In this document: piece after piece, positions 39,601 to 56,990 of the stretch | Numbering within the stretch: the first letter of the stretch is position 1 | Layout: each line of letters starts with the position of its first letter | Assembly (NCBI RefSeq): GCF_006345805.1 | Contig: NC_042998.1 | Coordinates: 146,506,001-146,570,000, forward strand | Reading direction: 5' to 3' | Length of the DNA: 64,000 nt | Origin: Octopus sinensis | Lineage: Eukaryota | The notes under the pieces: generated by a model | The model's input: only the letters and a program-made list of their open reading frames with translations | The model's database searches: none | Told to the model about the DNA's origin: nothing | Position numbers and translations under genes: made by a program

Positions 39601-40359
39601 ATTCCACAATTTGAATGGTGGTGAAGATCTCAAAAATGGACTTGAGATTGAATAGTAGTCAGTTGATTCAGTAGGTGGGGGCCTTACATCAGTGAGAGGT
39701 AGCTAGTGTGCTGTGAAAGCAAGAGGAAAGTGCCCAACATCTGCTGATAATCCCTGAAATCTACTGGTATGGATGCCATTTATGGATATGCAGAGTATTC
39801 AACTAACTGCACAAGCAAGCTGTTTCCAGTCTCAACCTGTTTCAGCCAGAGGTTGTACCCATGCTGGGACACTGTTTATTTCATTTCATTTCCACTGCCT
39901 TCTCTCTGTGTTTAGTTTTGATGAATGAGGCAGTTGAACAATGGCACCTCCATTTACATATCTTTGCTGTAATCTGAATTCAGCAGGTACATCAAATAAA
40001 AATTTGTTTAAATATTCTTTGAACACAACCACATCTACAGCTTGTAAATCTGTTTTTTGGTAAATTTTTGAAAATCAGTTGACCCTTAAACCTTATTGGG
40101 TTCTTACTATGGCTAAAGAAACTGGGACCTTTATAGTACTATGCAGAGATCTTATATATTATCATTATCACATATATATATATATATATATACCATGCTG
40201 GCATATATGTATTTTTGTTGTTGTTGTCTAGGGAGGATCATTATATAGTAAAAATTAAAACACACACACACACTGATTCAATACCACATCTTTATTTTAC
40301 CAACTAACTATCTAATGGTTAATGTTGATTGAACAATCAATTGGTTGTTAGTTTTTCTC

Positions 40360-40402
40360 TGTCAGAGTCCTTTCGTTGCTATTCGCAACCTCATCAATGA
40401 CA
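40360..40402 (-). ncRNA. Solo minimal type-I hammerhead ribozyme motif
   Basis: Minus strand: TGTCA TTGATGA G GTTGC gaata GCAAC GAAA GGACTC TGACA. Perfect 5-bp stems I and II, intact GAAA, minimal stem III, CTC cleavage triplet; core C3 is T. Confidence 0.65.
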
Positions 40403-41069
40403 TGCACTCTCTCTTCAAAGGTCTCCTTTGAGTCTGTCTGAGAACAAGTCTTATGCCTATGTATGTGTATGTTGATGTGTAAGTGTTTACTGATGTATGT
40501 TTGTGTGTGTATTTTCACATGTGTATGCATGTGCATTGATATATATGGTTGTGTACTGGAATTGTTCATAATTACATTCATTTATCTTTATGAATTTCTG
40601 TGTATCCTGCTGCCATTCTAATACTACTCTATATATACTGATTTATACCTATGTATGCCCTCCTGCCCATAATGTGTATGTGTTGCATGGGTAGTGGCAG
40701 TGGTGCTGTGGTTCTATTATTTACTGTTGTTAGTTGGAAAATAAAGATGTGGCACTGAACCAGTGTGTGTGTGTTTATTTTAATTTTTATTGGTGTAATG
40801 ACACTCCCTACACACAAGATTTCTTTCAACACAAATTCACATCAAAATATCTTGCAAATCAAAATTAAAAACAAAGTGTATATATATATGTGTGTGTGTG
40901 TGTGTATCAATGCATATCTTTTGCATCTTCACTCTAAGGAGTAAAGCCTCTCTAAACTAAAATTCACAGTATGGTTATGAGAGGAGGCTATCACTCAATC
41001 ATTGAAGTACTGATGGATAACAGGTTATAGAGGCAATCTAAGAAATCTCTCTCTCACATCACACACTTA

Positions 41070-42290
41070 CGAGGGGGTACCCAAAAGTAACTGGAAATGT
41101 TCTAGAAGCCACTTGTTGCTATCCTCAGGCATCAGTCTGCCACCCGTTGCTGTTGGATGGAGTCGTACTGCCTCATGGTGCGTCTTTTTTTTGCAGTGCT
41201 TTTCCCCTGTTTGTTCATTTTTGCAATGGCTGAAATGAAGGAACAGCATGCTTCTGTGAAATTCTGTTTTCTGCTGGAGGAAATGGTGACTGAAACAGTT
41301 GTCATGCTTCAAACAGCTTACAAGGATGCTGCCGTGAGCAAAACAAGTTTTTGAGTGGTTTTCACTCTTTAGGAATGGTCATTTGTTGCTTGAGGACCAA
41401 TCTTGTTCAGGACAACCACTGACCTCCCAAATGAATGAAAACATCATGAAAATTGCCGAATAATTGACAGACTTGTTGAAATGGCTGATGTGTTCTAGAG
41501 CTCCTGCCAATGAATTTTAAGTGAGGAATTGCGAATGAAAAGAATTGCAGCAAAATTCATGCCTCTTTTGCTCATGGAAGATCAAAAGCAGTCATGACTG
41601 AATGCATGTTGTGAACTGAAAGAACAGTTGGAAGTTGATCTGGACCTTTATTTGAATGTCATCACTGGTGATGAAAGCTGGTGCTACAGCTACAATCCAG
41701 AAACAAGGCTGCAATCAAATCAATGGAAGCATTCAATACCACCATGCCCCACAAAAGTGCATCAAGTGAAGTCCAATGTCAAGACAATACCGATTTGTTT
41801 AATCAAAAGGAATTATCCACACAGTATTTGTTCCTCCTGATCAAACTGTTCACTAGACATTTTACTTGCCAGTTCTGAAGTGTTTGTAAGATGTGGTGAG
41901 ACATAAACATCTTGACCAGTGGCAAAGTCGAGAGTGATAATTTCATCATGACAATGCACCTTTGCATATCAGCTTGAGTGTTAGACAGTTTTTTTACCAA
42001 AAATGGCATGACCCCATTTACCCACCCTCTTTAATCACCTGATCTTGCTCCCTGAACTATTTTTTTGTTCCCCTGAATGAAAAAAGTCCTTAAAAGGAAA
42101 GCGTTTTGTAGATGTGGAAGAGGTGAGGAAAAAAATGGAGGTGTTAAAAGGCATCACTTCACAAGAGTTCTAGGACTACTTCAAACAGTGGAAAATGCAT
42201 CTGGACTGATGCACTGCTTCATATAAAACATAAAAATTAAGGGAATAAAATAATATTGCAAAATTTTGGTTTCTTTCGGGTACCTCCTTG
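41070..42290 (+). mobile_element. Decayed full-length mariner (irritans-like)
   Basis: TA|cgagggggtacccaaaag ... ctttcgggtacctccttg|TA. Motifs ITGDESWCY, HHDNAP and SPDLAP. Confidence 0.92.
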
Positions 42291-42865
42291 TATCTCTGCA
42301 TACAGAGCGAGCCTGAAGGTGAGATGAACATTACTATTCTGTCTAACAATTCTTTCTTCATAAATTGAAATTAATATTTTTTCCTCCTTTATTTGTTAAT
42401 CTACCAAGTAGATGTAGGTAACTAGAATGAACTTTCTTGCCCAAGAGACTTAACACTAATATGTTACATTTTATAATTTCAAAACTTGAATGACCTGTAC
42501 TTCATTTTCAACTATTGATATTTTTCGTAGGAAATTTATGAAGGTGGTGGTCATGGTAAGGAGGGCACAAAACATTGAATGAAATATCAGATAATATCTT
42601 TAGTAGAGACAAACTCACCACAAAACAAAAATCAGTAATTTTCTGAATTATCCAAGAAGTCTTTACAAAATTTTTTTTAACAAATTCCATGAAATATTTG
42701 ATTAAATAAAGAACTATAGAAAATTGAATCAAAAGGAAAATGTTTTTTTTTTTTCGTTTAAAATACAAACAAATGCAATAACAATCTGTCTTGTTTCACA
42801 AAACAATAAGAAAATACTTAAATTTCATTTCACTCCAATCTATGGCATGCTGAAACAGAACAGAG

Positions 42866-42936
<71 letters not shown>

Positions 42937-43179
42937 ATGAGATTCAGAACCTTAAGAAAAAGACAAACCTGATATAGAGCATAACTCTGATAAAACTGTT
43001 TGTATACATGATTACATACATTTTATATTGTATTATGTACATGTAGGTTTCCATAAATATTTTGGAAGCAAGGAAAAAGAAGAAAATTATGTACATGCAC
43101 ACATGCAGATGCTCATAAATATACATATATATATATATATGCACACACACACAAACATATGTATATATATATATATATA

Positions 43180-43399
43180 CAGGGTGCAGCAGAAGTAATG
43201 CCCTTTATACATTTAATAACTTTCATAGTATATACATGTTTATTAAAAAATTTTTTATTGAACACAAACTTTTTGCATTACTTAAACAAATGAATAATAA
43301 ACTAATGAAAAAATCACAGAAGTTTTAGGAAATAAAAAAAAACGCAATTAGAAACAAGAAAATTCAAATACAAAAGGGCATTACTTCTGGTGCACCCTG
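43180..43399. mobile_element. Tc1/mariner-type MITE
   Basis: TIRs cagggtgcagcagaagtaatgccctt / aagggcattacttctggtgcaccctg in a TA-repeat context. Confidence 0.85.
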
Positions 43400-46905
<3,506 letters not shown>

Positions 46906-48496
46906 TAGCACTTGAAAGATAACATCTAGAACCAAGAATGATTAATCTTAAATGTAATGTGTTAACTGTTTCTTCGAGTATGGAACCAAACATTGTGTGT
47001 GTATGTATATAAATATATATATACACACACACACATATACATACATACATATATATATATATATATGATGATATATGTATATATACACTAGTGTGTCTTG
47101 GTGTGTCTGTGTCTATGCATGTGCTCGTGTGTATTTGTTGGACATATAAGTTTTCAGAAAAATCATTCAAATTGTACAGACATAGCACAGTTTTCTATTC
47201 CAAGTAGATGTCTTTGATTTTAGAGAAGCCATTAAGAAATATCAAGATAGTCGTTTTATGTTTGTTTCATTTTCCTATGTCATTCAATCTTGGTTTGAAT
47301 TTAGAACATATTGACTTTATAATAGAAAGGCACATGGCCTTAGATTTTGTATAGAAGATGAAATGAGATTGTATGACCTTTATGCCATTCTCAAGGGTAC
47401 TTATGATGATGTAAGTGAGGTGAAAGTGTTCTAATCAGATGCTGAAACTGGATCATGGCCATGGCACACTTGGAACTTCTTGTTACAAGTTTTCATCTCC
47501 TCTTGCTAAATGTTGTTCTTATTTTCTTAGGTACCACAGTTGCAGGCAGGATAATAAGAAAGAATAAGTAGATTGTGTAGTAATGTTCATGCCTTTTTCA
47601 GTAGCTGAAACAGGTTTACAGAGTCATCACTTGATATATCTTATTTGTATACTACAGCTCTCATTACTTCAGTAAGGAGATATTAGTGAGTAGAGATTAG
47701 GATCTGAGACTAGTTTGTTGGGGCTTAACTTCCAGTTGGTAATTCATGATATGTTGGTTGGTGGGTAGGTAGATAAACAGTACCTCAGTTCATCAAACCA
47801 CTCCCTGCACCTTCATTGTCTAATCCACAGGACGGAATATTTGAAGAACTGATCTATGAGGTGGAGAAAGTAGTAGCCAACTGATGGAGAACTGGGCTGG
47901 TGGCCACACACTCCTGTCTGCTAATGCTGACCATACACTGCTGTGTCCTAATATTGACTTCATGCTGCAGTATTCTAATGGCAAGCAGTTACTGTAATTA
48001 GTCTTTAATTAGTAAGTAAAATGGCCAATCATGGCTATACCTCACAGTTGCAAAACATATTTAGGAAGTTAATAGATTTATATGTATATATAGAGAGAGA
48101 GGAAGGAAGGAGGGGAGGTATAAAAAGAAAAAAGAATACAAAAAAATAACAAAAAGACAAAAAGCCCTGTCTCACAACTGTTTGTAGTGTATTGTTTATG
48201 ATATCCAAGTTGTGAGTGCCATGCCTTATATGATAATCTAGTTGTGAGCTAATGGTTTATTGATTTGTATGTAATATTGAAGATGTGATGATGATCTCTG
48301 ATATATTACAACATCCAATTAATGCTATGATATATCCTGCTTTGATATTTTGCTTATAAGTATTAAATTCTGATATGTTGTAATACAGTTTTAATAATCT
48401 AGTTATTTCAGTGACGTAACCTGAAAATGCAGAATGTTGTCATTTTCATTTAATGGCAGAAAGTATCATGTCTCACCTTAGTTGTGACTTTTAATC

Positions 48497-48661
48497 ATCA
48501 TCGTCATCATCGTCGTTTAACGTCCGTTCTCCATGCTAGCATGGGTTGGACAGTTCGACCGGGGTTCTGGGAAGCCAGAAGGCTGCACCAGGCTCCAGTC
48601 TAATTTGGCAATGTTTCTACAGCTGGATGCCCTTCCTAACGCCAACCACTCCGTGAGTGTA
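48497..48661 (-). mobile_element. SINE 3' portion with (GAT)n tail; related copies at about 420-612, 17490-17700, 19680-19872, 21300-21500, 59190-59400
   Basis: Recurrent shared blocks catcatcgtttaacgtccg..ccatgctagcatgggttgga and aaaagcacccag..gtaaagtggttggc.ttaggaagggcatccagc. Confidence 0.75.
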
Positions 48662-48977
48662 GGCAAATATTATAGTGTATTGTGATATTCCAGTTGTAAC
48701 CCTCCAGTCAGAAATATTGTCTCTTGATACTACTTAATGTCCCAATTTTGAATGCCACTTCATGACATCCCAGTTATATGTAATGTGATACTTCTTTTCT
48801 TAGTTTAAAGGCTAGTCAAATCTGATTAGTCTGTTCCTAGTTTAAAAGCAGCTAGTAAGATAATGCTTCTGTCCTTAGTTAAAATGCTAGCTTATTAAGA
48901 GTTTGTTGATTACATTTTTACTTTCATGTTTTAATTCATGTCTGCATTTTTTGTCTTTTTTTTTTACTACAGTGTTT

Positions 48978-49265
48978 ACAATTTAAAGTGAGTATACAAC
49001 TCTTCAAAGTGAGAATAGCATTCCCAAAGTGCTTGCATATAATTTCAAAGAATGATTAGCTATTTCAGAATAAAACACACACCACTTTGAAGGGTGACAT
49101 GCAATTCTAAACAAAATACAGTGGGACAAAAGGTTTCAAAGTGAGCACGTCATTTAAAACTAAGATTAGCAATTTCAAAGTGAGTGCATGTCACTTCAAA
49201 GTGTCATTAGCAATTCTAAACTAAGCACATGTCACTTCAAAGTGAGAAATACTCATTTTAAAAGA
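48978..49265 (+). repeat. Degenerate minisatellite with TTCAAAGTGAG core, ~20-bp units
   Basis: ttcaaagtg(ag)-like cores recur about every 19-21 bp. Confidence 0.65.
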
Positions 49266-50530
49266 GGAAGGGTTACTGTTGATCTGTACAACACTGTATT
49301 ATTAAGAAAGAAAATTATTGCAAAAGTATTAAATTTAGGTCTTTCAGGATTTGTATTTGAATTTTCAGTTTTAATTTAGTGTCTCTAATTATTCTAAGAT
49401 CAATAAATATCATTAAGTATTGGAGATAAGCAATGAAATTAATGAGAAGTAATAGTATAACCTACCATTTACTGCTATAGTAGATGATGATGATAGTTCT
49501 GCTGTTGGAGGGTGACTTTACAAGATTGTCTGACCTGTAAGAAATAGTAACTAAATAGCTATCATATTACACTGTACCATCTTAAAAATGGAGAAGCATT
49601 TGATGGTCAATGTAGTTCTAGATAAACTAGATCTAAATAAATGATGGGAAGGTCATGACTGGAATTTCTTTGGCCATTGTTTTTCTTACTCAAAGCTGAT
49701 CTGAGATTAAATCTAGGATCAAGAGTTTAACACATTTTGATAAATGCTATGCATGCAACTCTAGACCATCACCTTTTTGTTGATTAAAAATATATAAACT
49801 CATGTATTGAGTTCTATTATCCAGTCTGTTCCGCAAAACTTTTATTTGTATATAGTCTTTGTATTAATTATTAGACATCTTAAGACGTCTATATGGTTAA
49901 CAGCTAATGAGATGATGAGTATCTATCTTAGTAACATCCATAAACTGATGAAGTGAGTTGATACTTGAGACTTATGACCATGTAGTTGATAATCTATAAT
50001 CCCTTTATTTGAAAATCTTTTTATATTCAACAAAGTCTATCTTTGAGCAAAAATCTTCTGATTCAATATCATTTAATGGGTATTAATACTTTTGTAATTT
50101 GAAATTGGTGACAGTGCAAACATATGATATACATTTATTTAGAACAGGGCATCATGAAATGAAGGAAACAAAAAAAAAAAACATAAATGGACAAAAACAA
50201 ATACAAAAAATGGTAAAAAATATAAATAAAAATCGTTTTAAGATTGTTTGTTGTTTAGGTTTAAAACAAAAAATAAAATATGATAAAACAGTTGTTGAAT
50301 TTTGAAACTGATGTGTTTGTCATGCCTTGGTCATCTAGAAGATGACTGTTGGTGAAATAGGCATTGCATCATTGAGATTTTGAATTGAATACAAAGAAAA
50401 GTGCACTTGAGGTAGAGTTGTAAATTGGACATACTGAAGAATTATGCTGATTAGATTAGAAAAGATGCCAGGCAGTTGTGCTATGTCTTAGATTAATAAC
50501 CTGCAATCAAATTTATTTGACGATCACTGT

Positions 50531-50570
<40 letters not shown>

Positions 50571-51247
50571 GACATATATATATACACACATATATATATA
50601 CTTACTAAATTTGTTGTCAATATCTGCTTGACAAATTTTTTCAAATATAATTTTTTTTATTTATTCAAACAATTTTTTTCTTTGAAACTTCTTAAATCTG
50701 AAAATAATATTTTAGAATGATACAACAATATGAGCTAAAAAGAAAAAAAAAACTATATATGTAACATTTAAAATTTGTAGAAAGAACTTAGTTTCCTTTT
50801 AGTATCAAGATTACACTTCTTATTTGTTTTTAAATATATTTTTACCCCAAATTTTCCAATGGTGTGTATTAAATTATCTTTGATTTTTCAGTAACTTTTA
50901 TGGAATATTGCAAGCTGGAGATAAGAAATCACAGACTTAAACTACTGCTGAGTCATGTTTAAAAGTAAAATAAAACCCCAGGTCCTATCTGAAGTTAAAA
51001 TTAAATTTGGTGTTTGTAGTTCTATAAGTCTACCTAGGTTTTTGTTGATATCTGTAAATAAAGACATGATGATATATTAGTGAGTAAAATTGGGTTTTAA
51101 AACTTAATTTAAAACCCAAAGAGTGTAATAAATTATTTTCTTCCCCTTTCTATTTTAAAACTCAATATCTTTTCATTGCTATTGCTTTAATTTGTATTTA
51201 AATTATAACAATTCATATCAATTAATAATTGATATTAATTGATAGAT

Positions 51248-52411
51248 TTAAAGCCTAGGAAATGAATGTCTTCTTTCAGATTCTTCTTCACCAGTAGAAC
51301 TAAGAATTGAAACCCGTGGTAAACTGGATGGCAATTTCACAGGGATATGTCGGGGAGGTTTGGGAACAGGGGCTGTCCTTTTAGGACTTTCAAATAGTGT
51401 TGTATCATCTTTTAAGGCCTTAAAATCCATTTGTTCTGTTGACCGTCGCATGACATGTCGGGGTACAATGTTTTGCAAAAAGGATTCAGATCCTGTATGT
51501 TGGAAAAGAGGTTTGGGGGTTGGAAGAGGCATGCAGGCAACAGAGCTAGTTCTGTCAGAGCTAACTATTCTATTGTGAGGTAAAAAGGCATTGCTGTCAT
51601 TTTTTTCTGATCCTTTTCTTGTTAACCTTCTAGAATCCAATGCAATTTCATCTCCAACTTTTTGGCTCTGTTGCAATAACTTGCCTTCAATATCTAAGCA
51701 AACATGTCCATTGGTTTTATCACAAATATGGTTTGATTCCGTAGATGATACAATGGTAACACTCTCAGGTCTTTTGTCTTTTATTATGTCAACCTTTTCA
51801 GGTTCATTATTATTATTGTTATTGTTATTATTGTTATTATTAAAATTTTCTTCCTCCTTGCAAGTGTCTGGGGATTGTTCGTTACTGGAAGGTTCCTCAT
51901 TTCTAAAACAAGAAAAGCTACCAGTACGCGTTTTGGGTAATGGCGATTGCTGTATAGACTTGAGATCTTGGAAACCATAAATTGCTTTATGGAAACTATA
52001 TCTATTTATAGGGGCGCTAGCTTTCAAAGAAGCAGCACTTGAAGATTCTGAAATTGAAGGCTCTGGACTTGCTAAAGGTGCTTCAGCTCTGTCTCTTAAC
52101 AAACTGAGATTCAATAATTCATTTGTAAGGGGATTGCTTAGATGTATACTTCGAGCATATTCAAGTTTTCGAATGTTTTGTTCTGCTACTTGGTCCCAAG
52201 TCAGAGGTGGAGGGGATATTGTTAAATCTGGATCAGATGGACTTGGAATATCTTGAAGATTTGGACTTGAGAAAGTTGTTTCAACACAAGAGTTGCAAGT
52301 ATTAACACAAACATCTGCTGCAGTGATGGATGGTAATTCACATAATTTGGTTTTGCGTTCAGAATCAGGTAATTTCCGGTTAGGTTTTATTGGCCCTACG
52401 TTAATAAGCAC
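51248..52411 (-). CDS. DAGLA: Diacylglycerol lipase alpha-like, long terminal exon (disordered C-terminal tail)
   Basis: Acceptor ttttttatcattag|GTG is phase 0 and continues ..LRK|VLIN... The 387-codon S/P-rich frame contains APLASPE (resembling vertebrate APLATME) and poly-Asn, and ends in TAA. Confidence 0.85.
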   Translation of the reverse strand: MLINVGPIKPNRKLPDSERKTKLCELPSITAADVCVNTCNSCVETTFSSPNLQDIPSPSDPDLTISPPPLTWDQVAEQNIRKLEYARSIHLSNPLTNELLNLSLLRDRAEAPLASPEPSISESSSAASLKASAPINRYSFHKAIYGFQDLKSIQQSPLPKTRTGSFSCFRNEEPSSNEQSPDTCKEEENFNNNNNNNNNNNNEPEKVDIIKDKRPESVTIVSSTESNHICDKTNGHVCLDIEGKLLQQSQKVGDEIALDSRRLTRKGSEKNDSNAFLPHNRIVSSDRTSSVACMPLPTPKPLFQHTGSESFLQNIVPRHVMRRSTEQMDFKALKDDTTLFESPKRTAPVPKPPRHIPVKLPSSLPRVSILSSTGEEESERRHSFPRL

Positions 52412-54608
52412 CTAATGATAAAAAAACACAAAAACATAATTAAATAAATAAATTTAAAGAGATCATTCAGAGATAAAAGAAAAAAAGGAAACATTTTTTT
52501 TTAGAAATAAAAATTTAAAGCTTTGTAAATTTCTACAGAAAATATTGTTTTTATTAACATTAACAAAAAGATAACTATATTAATTCTACTTCCCCACCCT
52601 GAGCAAAATTCCACCTAAACCAGAACAGCAAAATCCTCAATACAAAGGAGCTCAGGAAGAAGTGTTCTTCCCCAAAAAACAAAAGCAGGAAAAAAAATGC
52701 TCAAATGCTGAAAAAGAAAGATGTCAAAAATGAGAAGAAAGTGTGTGAAAAATGGCAAAGAGTGGAGGGGGGGATGAGGTCAACAAACAGAAAGCAGATT
52801 GGGACAGAGAACCAGCTGTGTGACCTCCAAATCCCAAAGGTTTGGCAGCTCAAAGACCAGACCAAAAAGAAGGTGCAATGTAACAGACCAACAACAAGAA
52901 CAACCATGATAGCAAAACAAGAATAATTATCTCGGTAAAAACAGCAAGAGGTACAACAACAAGAATAAAAGAAGCTACAAGAAAAACAACAGACACAATG
53001 ACAATGACACAGACAAACCCCCCATCTTCACTTTTCTCTTAAAGTGGAATGAGGAGTTGATAAAATTTGTACAATAATGAAGTATGACTGGTATGGGCTT
53101 TGATGCAGTCCTCATTATAGAGAGACTTCTGGTGAAAACCATATTGTGTCATATTGTGAGAAAATGTATTGTACTTGATGTGAGAGTTTGAAAAAATATC
53201 CTGAACAAGATAATATGAAATGATTTTAATTCTGGCACAAGGCCAGCAGTTTTAAGGAGATGAGATAAATCAATTACCCTAACCCCAGTATTTAATTGGT
53301 ACTTTATTTTGTTAATCCCATAAAGATGAAAGGCAAATTTGATCTTGGTGGTTTTTAAATTCAAAACATAAAGAGCTGGAAGAAATATTTTTAAGCATTT
53401 TGTCCAATGTGTCTTCTACTATTACCTGAGGTAGACCAATGTCTTTTTGAGAGAATTCAGTAGATGGAAACTGTATGGAAGCCTGTTGTGTGTTTCTCCT
53501 GATTATTGCTTGATAACTAGCATTGGTTTGTTCATGTCACCTGTAACTTTGCAGTTTGGCAAAAAAGACTGACAGAAATGATTAACGCTGGAGTCAGTTT
53601 GACTAAACCCTTCAAGGTGGCACTACAGCATGGTTGCAGTCCAATGAGTGAAACAAGTAAAAGATAAAATGCATTGTGAAAACCTCCCTTCAAAAATTAC
53701 TGTCCTTGTGTCAAAATCAGAAGTAATTATTAGAAAAGAAAAAGTTTTGCAGTCAACTTTGCCTTTCATTCTTTCAGGGTTGATATAGTATGTACCGATG
53801 AATTTGTTGGCCTTGTGCCAAAATTATTATTATTATTATTATTGTTATTATTATTACTATTATTAGGATGATAGATAGGAACAATTAGAGCATTGTATAA
53901 AATGCCATGCAATACTTCTTCCACCTCTTTACATTCCGAGTTTAATTCTTGCCAAGGTCAACTTTGCCTTTCATCCTTTCAGGAGATGAAAAAAATTTTC
54001 TAGCCTTGTATCTGAATCAAACTATTATTAAATCAACAAAATTTTACAAAAGAAATCATTATCATCATTATTATTATTATTATTGACAATATTGCTATTA
54101 TTGATGTTATTTTTTTGTTGTTGTTACAAAAATCCTGCAATGATTAAATAAAAGCTTTGGGTGAAGTAATGAATGAGTTAAAGCAAAAAGAAGTATAAAA
54201 GATACTTTAAAGAAAGATTATAAGTAAGGAAGTATTGATTATTATGTAAAGGAAGAGATGCAGGAGGGAAGGAATGTTTAGAGACAATAGAAACAACATC
54301 TTAGAGGAGGGAAAGATAGCCATAGAAGGAAACCATGTATAAGAAATAGCATGAAAGAAGGTGAACAATGGGACAATTGAAGTGTTGAAGAGAAAAATGA
54401 GATGTAAAAACAAAATAGGGGTTATGTGAGTGTGTAAATATATTTGGCGGTTGGAGTTATGGCTGCTCTTTCTGGTGGACGAATGGCCTGTTTAGGCCAT
54501 TCCTAAATTGTTATATTTATACATATTTAGTCTTTGACTATTTTCTCTTTTCCATTAGGCCGCTGGTAGCGATAAATTTTTACTGAATTTTTTGCTACCC
54601 TAAATTGA

Positions 54609-54658
<50 letters not shown>

Positions 54659-56308
54659 AGTATATATATGTTTGTGTTTGTATATGTGTGTATGTATGTA
54701 TGTATGTACATATATATGTGTATATGCTTCAGAACTAAAAAAAAATCAGAAAAATAAATAAAGAAAATATCCAATAGATTATATGAAGAAAAGAAATACT
54801 AAAGACAGGAAGAAAAGAACACAGAATCCAGTCCTAACAACAGAATTGAGCAAAGGGAAAAGCTATAATTTACATTAAAGAAATATAATTGTTGGATAAA
54901 AGAAAACTTATTTTGCAGCAAATGTAAGCAAAAACATAAAATTATTTATAACCCACCCCACAACTCCCAACAACAACAACTGATGTCTTTAATTTGGCAG
55001 AAAAATTGGTTAAAGTATAGATGCTGGCATGGCCATATGGTTAAGGACTTTGTTTCATATTCACATAGTTCCAGGCTTGATCCCACAATACAGTAACTTG
55101 GCTTGGGCAAGTGTCTTGTATCATAGTCTTAGGAGTAGAATTGGTAGATAGTGTGTGGAATCCTGTCATATATTTCATCATAAAAGATATTAATTTAATT
55201 GTAAGTAGAGCTATATTTTTATTCTTCTAAGTCTCCCATTCTCCATGCCACTAAAAATCATCAATTTGGGCAGCTACAGCTTGGAATCACTTGCAGGGGT
55301 TGCTGTTAGACTACAAAGAACCAGAATATATATTGAAAGGTATCCATTATGACCCTCAGTCAGTTCCACCAAATTATTGTCTTCGGTTTTCTTTTTGTAT
55401 TTATCCCCAAAAGACAAGTCATAGTAGAATTTGAACTTAGAGTGAAGAGAGTTGGAACAAATGTCACAAACCATTCTTGCCAATGTGCTAACAATTCTTG
55501 CCACTTCACTTCCTCCCACCACCAACATAATGTTTAAAGTAAGATATAAATGTATGACTCAAGCAGATGTGAGTCTGATAGAACTTTATATCTGTCAGAA
55601 CAAAAAAACATTAGATTTGAGTGGTTGATGAGTCATAACAAGCAATTGATGTATCAATGTGCTATGGTTGAGATACTCAGTTTTTGCTTGTTTCAGTCAT
55701 TGGACTGTGGCCATGTTGGGGCGCCACCTCACAAAGTTAAGTTGAATAAATCAATCTCAGTACTTTTTATGTCTGGTACTTACTCTATCAGTTTCTTTTG
55801 CTGAACTGCTAGGTTACAGGGCTGTAAACAAACCAGTACCAGTTGTCAAATGGTGGGTGGGGAGATAAACACACACACACACGTATATCTATCTATCTAT
55901 CTATCTCTATATATATATGCACACAGTTTCTATCTACCAAATTCACTTATAAGGTATTGGTTGGCCAAGGGCTATAGTAAAAGACACTAGTCCAAGAGGG
56001 ACTGAACCTGAAACTAGGTGGTTGCAAAGCAAGCTTATAATCTACACAGCCATACTAGAATGTACATCCTCATCATCGTTTTAATGTCCACTTTTCCATG
56101 CTTGCATGGGTCAGATTTTCCATAGCCAAATGTTCATCCTGTTACCATCCTTCACCTATTTCCAAGTAACGTAATACTTCCCCAAATGTTTTCATGAAAG
56201 ACCGGAAATAAATGATACTGCTTGAATTGACAGTAACACCTGTTTATAGCCATCACATGATATCAAGACATGGAGACACTAACACCTCCATGCACACACA
56301 TAAACATA

Positions 56309-56990
56309 CGAGGTGCATTCAAGAAGTTTTCAGATTTTTTTCAGGAGAGATATTTATTAATTTCAAAGAAGTACATAACTCTACTCTCCTTCAGAATTGT
56401 ATCACTCCAGCCAATTCATGAAGGCTCCATGGAAGTATTCCAAAGTGAAGGTGTCCAGGACCCTTGTCACCGCCTCCTTTCTCTTCAAAGCAACTGCCCC
56501 TGAGGTTCTACTCCAGCTTGGGGAACAGCCAAAAGTCACAGGAAGTAAGCTCTGGACTGTAGGAAAGGTGAAGTTTTGATGCCCATCTCTGACAAGTAAT
56601 TGCTTATCAAGATGCCTGTCACAGGGACCAGACTTAGCAAAAATTTTGTGCACGTTCAGATCTTCATGAATGATTCTGTGTATGGTTAATACACCAACTC
56701 CAAATTGTATGCTTATTCTTTATTTACAGTTTTCATCTAAAAAATTACAAATTTTCTCAAATAGCTGTGATGTTTTGATGTCCCACTTCCTCCCACACCT
56801 CTCATCATCTCTCACTGCCTCTACTATCCTTGAACGTCTTGCGCCAATGAAAAGATTAATCTTTTAGGAGTCTGAAACATTTCATAAGTTACTATAGTAT
56901 TTTTGCCCAGTTTAACACAAAACTTTATTACTAAGGGAGCTTCCAAATGTCCCAGATTGCATTCTGTAAACTAGTCAGCTGTAACAAGCA
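56309..56990 (-). mobile_element. Internally deleted mariner fragment
   Basis: TA|cgaggtgcattcaagaagttt TIR. Minus strand carries a frameshifted YSP..APCDFWLFPKL region. Confidence 0.7.

Noticed and set aside
40348-40437. Possible minus-strand terminal exon TDSKETFEERV...
   Set aside because: Weak acceptor and no homology; better explained by the overlapping hammerhead motif.
48978-49265. CRISPR-like periodic array
   Set aside because: Eukaryotic context, degenerate cores, repeated rather than unique spacers, and no cas genes.
49935-49980. ctgatga...gaga hammerhead-like string (also ctgagga...gaat at about 24043)
   Set aside because: The GAAA box is mutated and no coherent stems I and III can be drawn.
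55025-55090. tRNA gene
   Set aside because: A decayed tRNA-derived SINE head with no complete cloverleaf.
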